This document shows positions 19,712 through 26,746 of a stretch of DNA of 64,000 bases, piece after piece. Location of the stretch: contig QFQX01000023.1 of assembly GCA_003248775.1 (NCBI GenBank), forward strand, positions 940 to 64,939. Direction: 5' to 3'. The position numbers and the translations under genes are program-made. The notes beneath the pieces were generated by a model. The model made no database searches and was not told where the DNA came from. It saw only the letters and a program-made list of their open reading frames with translations. Source of the stretch: Shinella sp. (lineage in GTDB: Bacteria; Pseudomonadota; Alphaproteobacteria; Rhizobiales; Rhizobiaceae). How positions within the stretch are numbered: position 1 is the stretch's first letter; the number at the start of each line of letters is the position of its first letter.

Positions 19712-20290
19712 TTAGTTCTCCATGGCTTTCGAAAGAGACTGGCCGTCGGTGAGCTGGTCGAAGAGATGCGAGGCTCTGGAAATGAGAGGCGTCAGATTCA
19801 GCAGCGTCGCGCTACCCAACGGCTTGGAGCGATTTGACGCCACTGTTTTCAGCCTTTCAGTCACTTCATCGAAGGTACCGACGCAGAGGAAGCTGGGCAC
19901 CTTTTCAAGGCTGTCATCTTCCCCGCCGATGACGCGGCCGACCTTCCCGGACATCGTGAAGAAACAGGCGAAAATCACTTCCCCGTGTTCAACACGACGG
20001 GTGGCCTCCATAGCGAACTGCGGCCAAGCCTCGACACTCAGCTTGGCCGCATCCCGAGATGTCGACGTCTGAGTGACAAGAGCGTCAGCGATTCCGAGCA
20101 TGATCGCTTCAACAGGATAATAGCCGAAGGTGTCTACTTCCTCGTCAGCGCGAAGGTTAGACGGCTGGGGAGCTGGCCACTCAGGCTTGTCGCCCGGGAG
20201 GCGTGGTACCTGATTGCGCCGTGCCAGACTGCGAAAAGCCTGCTGATTAACGTCTGCAAGAGCGAGATAATGGCGGCGATAGAGAAGCAT
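19712..20290 (-). CDS. hypothetical protein (192 aa) at head of portal-capsid operon
   Basis: Long ORF ending 4 nt before the portal start. Start set to MLLYRRHYLAL (ATG 20288-20290), which has an upstream GAGG. No recognisable domain. Confidence 0.55.
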   Translation of the reverse strand: MLLYRRHYLALADVNQQAFRSLARRNQVPRLPGDKPEWPAPQPSNLRADEEVDTFGYYPVEAIMLGIADALVTQTSTSRDAAKLSVEAWPQFAMEATRRVEHGEVIFACFFTMSGKVGRVIGGEDDSLEKVPSFLCVGTFDEVTERLKTVASNRSKPLGSATLLNLTPLISRASHLFDQLTDGQSLSKAMEN

Positions 20291-20301
20291 GGAAAACCTC
20301 G

Positions 20302-20356
20302 TTGTGTCACTTGACACAAAGGTACGTTAAAATTCGACCTTGTGTCAAGCGACACA
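20302..20356. promoter_or_regulatory. two operator-like palindromes sharing TTGTGTCA
   Basis: 20302-20319 is TTGTGTCA-ct-TGACACAA (8-bp arms). 20341-20356 is TGTGTC-aagc-GACACA. Both lie in the 77-bp gap upstream of the 192-aa ORF. Confidence 0.6.
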
Positions 20357-20367
20357 TATCATCGCCT

Positions 20368-20832
20368 TTATTGCTCGCTGACCTTCCGCAGAATGTGCAG
20401 CGTGCTGTCGGTGAAATATTCGCGAGGCGAAAGTCGATGTCCGTCCCAAATGATGGCCGCCCAATAGCCCCAGCATCGGTCCATGTCGCTCCAGAGCCGT
20501 TCGACATGAAAGACATCGCGATTTTTGCCATTGTTCCACAGCAACTCATAGTTACCGGGACCAGTCCAAGGAACTTTCGGCGGAATGGCCGACACGATGA
20601 CGCTGCCAGATCCGTGCTTCGTCACCACATATTGACCGGAAGGCGCATCGCAGCCGGGATGCAGTTCCGCCAAGACGGATTTCAATTGAGCGATACAGGC
20701 CCCAACGCGTTCTTCGGCGGTGAGCGTCGGCGCGTCGACAGTAACCGCCGTGGCGGTGGTCGGTATCGTTGCGGCCATTCCGGCGACGGCAGATTTCAGC
20801 AGCTTGCGGCGGTTCAGGTGTTGCAGGTCCAT
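20368..20832 (-). CDS. Tat-signal exported hypothetical protein (154 aa)
   Basis: N-terminus MDLQHLNRRKLLKSAVAGMAATIPTTATAV matches the twin-arginine consensus (RRxLLK plus h-region). The mature part has no recognised domain. Confidence 0.6.
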   Translation of the reverse strand: MDLQHLNRRKLLKSAVAGMAATIPTTATAVTVDAPTLTAEERVGACIAQLKSVLAELHPGCDAPSGQYVVTKHGSGSVIVSAIPPKVPWTGPGNYELLWNNGKNRDVFHVERLWSDMDRCWGYWAAIIWDGHRLSPREYFTDSTLHILRKVSEQ

Positions 20833-20846
20833 GGTCCGTTTATCCT

Positions 20847-21029
20847 TTAGATTTCCAGTTCGCTTTCGAAATCGACATCCTCTTCGCGGTCCACGTCGCC
20901 ATCGAATTCGTTGAGGAGGTCAATGAGATTTTCGATTGTGGCTTCAATCTGTTGCCGCATCGCAGGCGTTAGCTCGACAATGCGGACAAAGCTATCCTGT
21001 TCGCGAAAATGGTATCCCATCGCGTTCAT
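20847..21029 (-). CDS. small acidic hypothetical protein (60 aa)
   Basis: MNAMGYHFREQDSFVRIVELTPAMRQQIEATIENLIDLLNEFDGDVDREEDVDFESELEI. AGGA lies upstream of the ATG at 21027-21029. 14-nt gap to the next gene. Confidence 0.45.
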   Translation of the reverse strand: MNAMGYHFREQDSFVRIVELTPAMRQQIEATIENLIDLLNEFDGDVDREEDVDFESELEI

Positions 21030-21134
21030 CCTTGTCCTAATGATGAAATCAGTGCATTGTAACGATAACGGCACGAAGGCCGTACGTCAATACGAAATCG
21101 GTACAATGTAATGATGTTGCCTATTCAGTGCAAA

Positions 21135-21353
21135 ATGGCGCGAACAGCGGTGGGATGGGGAGTACGAGACTTAGCCAAAGTGGCGGGCGTATCGGTCGAT
21201 ACGGTTTCACGATTTGAGCGAGGCGAGGATCTTTTACCTAGAACGCTTGCCGCCCTCCAAAGCGCCCTTGAAGCTGCCGGAGTGATTTTCGTTCCGGAAA
21301 ATGGCGAAGGAGCTGGAGTTAGACTAAGAAAATCCGTAAATGGGGCGAAATAA
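21135..21353 (+). CDS. XRE-family helix-turn-helix transcriptional regulator
   Basis: MARTAVGWGVRDLAKVAGVSVDTVSRFERGE...LEAAGVIFVPENGEGAGVRLRK is a typical short HTH_XRE protein. Divergent from the 60-aa ORF. Confidence 0.8.
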   Translation: MARTAVGWGVRDLAKVAGVSVDTVSRFERGEDLLPRTLAALQSALEAAGVIFVPENGEGAGVRLRKSVNGAK

Positions 21354-21370
21354 ACTCAAGGATTTGCACA

Positions 21371-21532
21371 ATGGAAAACAGAAAAATTGATGCGATCATC
21401 AAAGACATTTCCAAGCTTGACAATGAAGAATACATCGTTGTCGCAAAGGAAGTGAATAAGGGATTAATCGAGAGAGGAATTGTAAAACCAAAAGCAAATC
21501 CGCTCGGGCGCCGTTTTCCTTTTCGATTCTGA
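21371..21532 (+). CDS. tiny hypothetical protein (53 aa) in AT-rich segment
   Basis: Hand-translated: MENRKIDAIIKDISKLDNEEYIVVAKEVNKGLIERGIVKPKANPLGRRFPFRF. Below the ORF-track cut-off. Starts 17 nt after the HTH stop. Confidence 0.35.
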   Translation: MENRKIDAIIKDISKLDNEEYIVVAKEVNKGLIERGIVKPKANPLGRRFPFRF

Positions 21533-21584
21533 CTACCGATAACCTTTAACTTTCCGGAACTCAGCAAAGATTCGAGGATAAGAA

Positions 21585-21782
21585 ATGACCCAGACTGAAG
21601 ATTCGAGTGTCGATCCTTGGATTGATGGCGGCGTGACGGTCGGTCAATTGCGGGAGGCATTGTCGCTCCACCACGACGACTGCACGGTAATTTTCGGTCC
21701 GGACACGCAGAGAAATGCCCTGCGGTTCTATCGCGTGAAGAAGCGCGGTGAAGAACTCGTCCAGATTGAATTCAATCCCTGA
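21585..21782 (+). CDS. small hypothetical protein (65 aa)
   Basis: ORF track entry MTQTEDSSVDPWIDGGVTVGQLREAL..., preceded by aggataagaa. No recognised domain. Confidence 0.45.
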   Translation: MTQTEDSSVDPWIDGGVTVGQLREALSLHHDDCTVIFGPDTQRNALRFYRVKKRGEELVQIEFNP

Positions 21783-21980
21783 GAAATAGAACGGCTTGCG
21801 GAATCACCTGAAAACCGTCGTCACCTACGATGGTTCAGAATGGTAAGGAATTCCCCCACCCTATTGTCTCAACTGCTGAATTTCCGCAGTTAGAACCATC
21901 ACAGCGGATTCGAATGCGCATTTTTGTCAGCTTCGCAAAAGCCAGACATACTAAAAATTCACTTCCCATCCTCTACATAA

Positions 21981-21996
21981 TATGCGTAAACGCATA
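21981..21996. promoter_or_regulatory. 16-bp palindrome upstream of hicB-like gene (probable operator)
   Basis: TATGCGT-aa-ACGCATA lies 41 nt upstream of the antitoxin ATG. Further ATGCG/CGCAT half-sites follow at 22004-22016. Confidence 0.5.
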
Positions 21997-22036
21997 ATCG
22001 AATGAGCGAATGCGCTTATTGTCAGGAGTCCATCGC

Positions 22037-22279
22037 ATGAAGCACGTCTCAATCATCGTACGGGCCGCGTGGGATGAGGAAGCAGGCGTCTGGGTTGCCA
22101 CTAGCAACGATATTGACGGTCTGGCCGTTGAAGCCGCGACCATGGAAGAGCTGGAAAAGAAGGTTCTTGCCGCGGTTACCGATCTGCTGGAATTGAACGG
22201 TCCCGCCTCCGATTTGCCCGAAATTCCGGTGCACATCATGGCCGAGCACTTGGCAAAAGTACCGAATCCCTGTTTCTAA
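22037..22279 (+). CDS. hicB: DUF1902/HicB-like antitoxin
   Basis: MKHVSIIVRAAWDEEAGVWVATSNDIDGLAVEAATMEELEKKV... is a DUF1902-type fold pattern. CAGGAG RBS. Lies 8 nt upstream of hicA. Confidence 0.7.
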   Translation: MKHVSIIVRAAWDEEAGVWVATSNDIDGLAVEAATMEELEKKVLAAVTDLLELNGPASDLPEIPVHIMAEHLAKVPNPCF

Positions 22280-22286
22280 TCCCGCT

Positions 22287-22481
22287 ATGGCGGGATATCT
22301 GCGCGAACTGAAAGACCTCTTGACCAAGGCCGGATGTTATTACGTCCGGCCTGGCAAGGGCGACCACGAAATTTGGTTCAGTCCGATCACCAGTCGCCAT
22401 TTTACCGTCGATCATGGCGTCAAGTCTCGCCATACTGCTAACGAAACGCTGAAGCAGGCGGGATTGCCGAAGGCCTTCTGA
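22287..22481 (+). CDS. hicA: HicA family mRNA interferase toxin
   Basis: 64 aa with LLTKAGCYYVRPGKGDHEIWFSPITSRHFTVDHGVKSRHTANETLKQAGL, the canonical HicA/YcfA pattern. Confidence 0.8.
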   Translation: MAGYLRELKDLLTKAGCYYVRPGKGDHEIWFSPITSRHFTVDHGVKSRHTANETLKQAGLPKAF

Positions 22482-22484
22482 TCT

Positions 22485-24269
22485 TCATCTCATCCACTTG
22501 CTCTTGATCATCTGTGGCGATTGTTCTGATTTTACCACCTCGCCGCGACGCAACTCGTCGGCGCGCTGCATCCAGTTTATGTTCAGCATCTGGCGAGCCG
22601 CGAAGCCGTAAACCGTACAGTCCAGCCCTTCCGCCTGCTTGCCAGCGATACGCTCGAACCGCCGCGACGGCTGTCCCCGCGCGTAACGCACCACGATCCG
22701 TTCGCTGGCAAGCTGTTCGAACCATGATGCCGGAAGGTCGCTGGCAAACCGGATAGTGCTTCCGCGCGTCAGCCGAGCCACAAGATGGCTCTTGATGCCG
22801 TCAACGCCAATCAGGAACAACCGGCCGCGCTGGTTTTTCACCTTCGACATTTCGATCCACGGCCGGTTGCCCGCCACGCCCTTGCCGGCGAAGATCTTAC
22901 GGCGGTAGCGCGGAAAGCAAAAGGCATAGACCCGCTCCATGGTCTCGCCGTCACCGCTATCCACCACGGCCGCATCAAGCCCGATCCGCCCGCCCAGAGC
23001 ATGGGGCCAGCGTGTCGATAACAGGCTCTCCAACTCGTGCCAGGTTTCTTCATCATGTGGGTTACCCCAGATCACACGATGGCCCAGCACCAGGCAATTG
23101 CCGCCCTCGGTCCAGCCCAGGAATGTGATTTCAAGTCGGTCGCGCTGGACGTCAACGCCGACCGTCAAGGCCAGCGCCTCTGCAGGCACCAGGTCGAGGT
23201 TGAAGGTTTCGCGCCGGCTGAACAGGTCGTTTTCGTCGAGTTCTTCACCCCCCTCGTTCCACCCTTCGGCCAGGATCGTGTTGGTGAACACCTGCAACAA
23301 TGCCGGATCGTCCTTGGCGGCAAGAAATTCCTTCGCCAGCTTGCCCCAAGAGGCGTTCGCCAGCAGCGAGACCAGCGCCGTCAGGCGGAAGCCTGCGTGC
23401 CCCTTAACGTCGGGCCGTGTGGCCCGCCAGCGGCCGCCGGCGACCATGGCAGGCTTGTGCCGCTCCTCGATCAGACAACCGCATTCAGGGCAGGCATAGG
23501 CGGCCTTCTCGGGCTCGCCTTCCGGCCACTGGATATCCTTCCACCTGATTTCGTTGAAATGGCCGCACTCCGGACAGGCGACCTCGAAAATTCGCTGATC
23601 GGATTGCCCATAGGACCGCAGCACATGGGAGGTATCGGCGAAGACGGGTGTAGAGCCGATGACGATCTTGCGATCGGCGAAGGACAGGGTTCGCCGTTCG
23701 GCCAACAGAATCGGCGAGCCTTCAGCGCCGTTCTCCATGCCGTCCACCTCGTCACACAATAGCACACGGACATTGTGCCGGCGAAGATTGCGCGGTGCCT
23801 TGGCGGCAACCACCTTCAGCGAGCCGCCCGGGAAGCGGCGATGCAGCAGCGTGTTGCGGTCTCCGCTTTCTTCCTCGCCCTTCAGCAGCAGTCCGGCCAG
23901 TTCCGGCGAGGCGCCGAAGATAGGCTCGATATCGGAAACCATATAGTCGCGGCAATCGGCCTCTGTCGGCAGCAGGCAGAGGATCGGCGACGGATCGTTG
24001 GCAATATAGCCACCAAGCGCGCCGGTCAAAAGCGTGGTGAAACCGACGCGCACCGGTTTGACCAGCGTCACCCGCTCGATCGCCGGATCACCGATCGCGT
24101 CTGCGATATCGCGCTGGAACGGCCACAGCCGCACGGGGCCGGGCAGCGCCGACACGTCGTTCGGCAACATGACATTGCGCTCGATCCATTCCGAGAACTT
24201 CAGCTTCGGCGGTGGCATCAACGCCGCAAGGGCGCGTCGGCGGATGTTCGCGAGTGTTTCACTGGTCAT
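22485..24269 (-). CDS. terL: terminase large subunit, GpA (lambda) family
   Basis: About 594 aa. The N-terminal LPGPVRLWPFQRDIADA... motif and the zinc-ribbon-like CPECGHFNEI...CPECGC are typical of Terminase_GpA. Start at the ATG at 24267-24269. Confidence 0.88.
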   Translation of the reverse strand: MTSETLANIRRRALAALMPPPKLKFSEWIERNVMLPNDVSALPGPVRLWPFQRDIADAIGDPAIERVTLVKPVRVGFTTLLTGALGGYIANDPSPILCLLPTEADCRDYMVSDIEPIFGASPELAGLLLKGEEESGDRNTLLHRRFPGGSLKVVAAKAPRNLRRHNVRVLLCDEVDGMENGAEGSPILLAERRTLSFADRKIVIGSTPVFADTSHVLRSYGQSDQRIFEVACPECGHFNEIRWKDIQWPEGEPEKAAYACPECGCLIEERHKPAMVAGGRWRATRPDVKGHAGFRLTALVSLLANASWGKLAKEFLAAKDDPALLQVFTNTILAEGWNEGGEELDENDLFSRRETFNLDLVPAEALALTVGVDVQRDRLEITFLGWTEGGNCLVLGHRVIWGNPHDEETWHELESLLSTRWPHALGGRIGLDAAVVDSGDGETMERVYAFCFPRYRRKIFAGKGVAGNRPWIEMSKVKNQRGRLFLIGVDGIKSHLVARLTRGSTIRFASDLPASWFEQLASERIVVRYARGQPSRRFERIAGKQAEGLDCTVYGFAARQMLNINWMQRADELRRGEVVKSEQSPQMIKSKWMR

Positions 24270-24780
24270 GGGCAAGGTCCTCAAGGACTAGCCGGATCTC
24301 GGCTTCGATCACGGCCGCGTCATGCGCCGTCAAATGGGCGAGCTGCTGACGAACGCGGGAAGGCACAGCGAGGATGCCGGATCGGACCTTTCGCAGAATG
24401 CCGGACCATTCTCGTTCGACCTCGGATGCCTTCACCAGGTCGCGGCGAAGGACGGCGTTGCGCAGCTCGACCGCATCGGCCTGCTCTTTCGCAAGCCTTG
24501 TCTTTTCTGCGGTCAGGGTGTGGCGATGTTTATCCTCGCTGAAGGCAAAGGCGCTTTGTCCCTGCGCAATGCTCTTCCCAACATCGACGTTCTCGCTGAT
24601 CCATAAGCGTCCCCGCGCCACATCGATTTTGCCGTCGGTTTCGACAGGCAAGCCTTTCGCGATCATCTGCGACACTCGCCCAGCCGTCACACCGATCACC
24701 TTCGCAAAGCCACTCTTCGACACGGATCTCGGCTCGCCGATTTTCTGATTTTCCGGCAATGAGCTATGCAGGACACTCAT
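24259..24780 (-). CDS. terS: terminase small subunit (Nu1-like, N-terminal HTH)
   Basis: MSVLHSSLPENQKIGEPRSVSKSGFAKVIGVTAGRVSQMIAKGLPV... is an HTH resembling lambda Nu1. Overlaps the terL start. Confidence 0.65.
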   Translation of the reverse strand: MSVLHSSLPENQKIGEPRSVSKSGFAKVIGVTAGRVSQMIAKGLPVETDGKIDVARGRLWISENVDVGKSIAQGQSAFAFSEDKHRHTLTAEKTRLAKEQADAVELRNAVLRRDLVKASEVEREWSGILRKVRSGILAVPSRVRQQLAHLTAHDAAVIEAEIRLVLEDLAHDQ

Positions 24781-25018
24781 GACTTCAAGCCCTTTCCCTT
24801 TTTGTTTTAGCATTAAATTTCCCTAATATAGGCTGAGGCCCCGGGTCGACCCGCGCCCGCTTGGCACACCTCCCGGAAGGACCCACAGTCATCGAAATCC
24901 CCTTGCCAGACGTCGAAGCTCGGCAACGATTTCACTCTTGTCCTCATGGAACCGCTCTGGATTGCGATGCGATGGCGACAGTCTCGCGACATGCTCTGCC
25001 AGTGTGCTCAAGACATCC

Positions 25019-25074
25019 GGAAGGGAAGGGCCGACCGCCCTGCTGTGGTGGCCAGCGGTCGGCCCTTCCCTTCC
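25019..25074. repeat. perfect 20-bp inverted repeat (16-nt spacer)
   Basis: GGAAGGGAAGGGCCGACCGC (25019-25038) and its exact reverse complement (25055-25074). Located between the iteron array and terS. Confidence 0.9.
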
Positions 25075-25118
25075 TTGCCCTCGCTGGCCGACGCTGGCCC
25101 CGCTTGCCGAGGGTTGCC

Positions 25119-25320
25119 GCTCCACTCTGCTCCAGTCCGTTTCGCGGCTCATAACCTGCTCCACTCCCATACCCGGACGCCCGGTGCTCCAGTGCTCCAG
25201 TTGGGTTCCCCCCTGAAGGGGGGAAACCCCAACAAGAGCGTGAACTGGAGCAACCCCACATTTGGCGTCCAATACGCTCCAGTGCTCCAGTTTGCTCCAG
25301 TTGGTTTTTGAACTGGAGCG
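25119..25320. repeat. iteron array, candidate replication origin
   Basis: GCTCCAG occurs at 25129, 25186, 25194, 25276, 25284 and 25294. GCTCCAC occurs at 25119 and 25158. Inverted CTGGAGC occurs at 25245 and 25313. A GC hairpin TTCCCCCC-tgaa-GGGGGGAA sits at 25206-25225. The array lies immediately 3' of the helicase gene. Confidence 0.8.
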
Positions 25321-25324
25321 GGTC

Positions 25325-26593
25325 TCATTCTGCCCATTCCCCAACCCTCACAACTCGACGTTCTCGCCGCCGTTCATCCACTATGAAATCGATCTTCAAG
25401 GCTCCGTTTTCGATCCATGTTTTGAGAAGAGTTTTGATCCTCTGCTTTGCTGTTGGATCATCAGCATCAAGCCCAAGCACATCCGCGACGACCCTTCCGG
25501 CCCAGTTCGGCGAGCGGATATCTTCTCGCCATTCGGCGTTGTGGAGATGCTTCTGGACGTCGGACAGGTGCGCGATGGTCACGTCGTCGAAAGCGCCTGG
25601 CGGCTCCCACGCGGCCACCACGCCGACGTGATCGCCGTTCGGGAGCATCACGTTCTTGATCTCGTACCAATCAGAGATTTCAGCAGGCGGAGCCATATTG
25701 GCCTTATCCGAGTACATTCGGAAAAAGCTGCGATGGTTCGTTACGCCAAACTTGACCCCCTCTTCGGCAGACATCCGATTGATGGCCCGCACCTCGCGAG
25801 CGGCATCTGTCAGCGCCTTGCCGCCACGGGAGCTTTCCGCCGTTACCTCCGCATCACTGCCAAGTTTGCGAGTGTGGTGCACCAGGTGGATCGCGCAATT
25901 GGTAACCTCGGCGACCTTGCCCCACTCCTTCGCGACCGCATCCATTGCCGGGTTATCGTTCTCAGACACCGCATGCGACGAAATGAACGGATCGACGATG
26001 AAGACATCAATCTGCCTCGCCCGTATTTCCTCGATCATGGCGTCCATAACAGGGCGCTGGATGATGGTTCGGTTTTTGTTGGTGACAGCGGTGCAAAGCG
26101 GGTGGTCGCGCCCACTATCAACAAAGAAGCGATCTCCGATGTCGGCCGCCGAAATATCGTAGTGTTCGCAAGCTGCCTGAATGCGGCGCTGTAGCTCGTC
26201 GAGCGGGTCTTCAAGGTTCCAAAGCCAGACGCGCGACGCCTTCTCGACGTATTTGTTCAACAGTGCCCGCCCTGTCACCAGCGACAAAGCCTCAACGATC
26301 GACAGTGAGCTTTTCCCGACGCCGCCAGGCGCAACCGTTACCGTGACGAATCTGCGGATCAGGCTGCGCCCATAGATCCACTCTCGCTTCGGAAGGTCAT
26401 TCGGATCGGTCCAGCAATATGGCGTCGCGTAGACGCCGCTCTTCGATCCGTCAGGCAGCGGTTTCGGCAAAGGGGGCCGTCGCGACAGCACCTTGTCCTC
26501 TAGTAAAGCCTCATATTTGAGTCTTTGAGCTCGAGCAGAAGCCATCATGCGGAGAACCGCGTCAGGCACCTTGTGTTCTCCGGAACCCTCCAT
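25325..26593 (-). CDS. RepA-like AAA ATPase / replicative helicase
   Basis: 422 aa with Walker A VAPGGVGKSSLSI and Walker B IDVFIVDPF. This is the AAA_25/RepA-type architecture common in satellites and small integrative elements. Confidence 0.75.
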   Translation of the reverse strand: MEGSGEHKVPDAVLRMMASARAQRLKYEALLEDKVLSRRPPLPKPLPDGSKSGVYATPYCWTDPNDLPKREWIYGRSLIRRFVTVTVAPGGVGKSSLSIVEALSLVTGRALLNKYVEKASRVWLWNLEDPLDELQRRIQAACEHYDISAADIGDRFFVDSGRDHPLCTAVTNKNRTIIQRPVMDAMIEEIRARQIDVFIVDPFISSHAVSENDNPAMDAVAKEWGKVAEVTNCAIHLVHHTRKLGSDAEVTAESSRGGKALTDAAREVRAINRMSAEEGVKFGVTNHRSFFRMYSDKANMAPPAEISDWYEIKNVMLPNGDHVGVVAAWEPPGAFDDVTIAHLSDVQKHLHNAEWREDIRSPNWAGRVVADVLGLDADDPTAKQRIKTLLKTWIENGALKIDFIVDERRRERRVVRVGEWAE

Positions 26594-26746
26594 CCCGGTC
26601 AGCCAATCACCAGCGCCCGACTACCCGACGAAGCAGCAACGCCAGTTTGCTGGTTTGCAAAACCATAGGTAACACATTGAGTTGTCTGGACTGTATTTCG
26701 AGTTATTTTGCAGAAATCTGCTTCCGAAACATCAAACCGGGGCTGC

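Noticed and set aside
20832-20847. Apparent shared LT-x3-R helical motif between the 60-aa acidic protein and the mature N-terminus of the Tat protein
   Set aside because: On alignment only a handful of residues match, which is too weak to claim paralogy.
24817-24827. 11-mer ATTTCCCTAAT shared between 24817-24827 and 26862-26872, the latter vaguely resembling the tRNA anticodon-loop region (possible third att)
   Set aside because: By a rough estimate, hundreds of chance 11-mer matches are expected in a 64-kb window. The similarity to the att core needs indels and does not extend.
24889-25344. 151-aa minus-strand ORF with a repeated LEHWS motif, and overlapping plus-strand ORFs
   Set aside because: The peptide repeats are simply the translated GCTCCAG iterons. 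The rest of the ORF spans the 20-bp perfect palindrome. I treat the region as non-coding ori/structural DNA.
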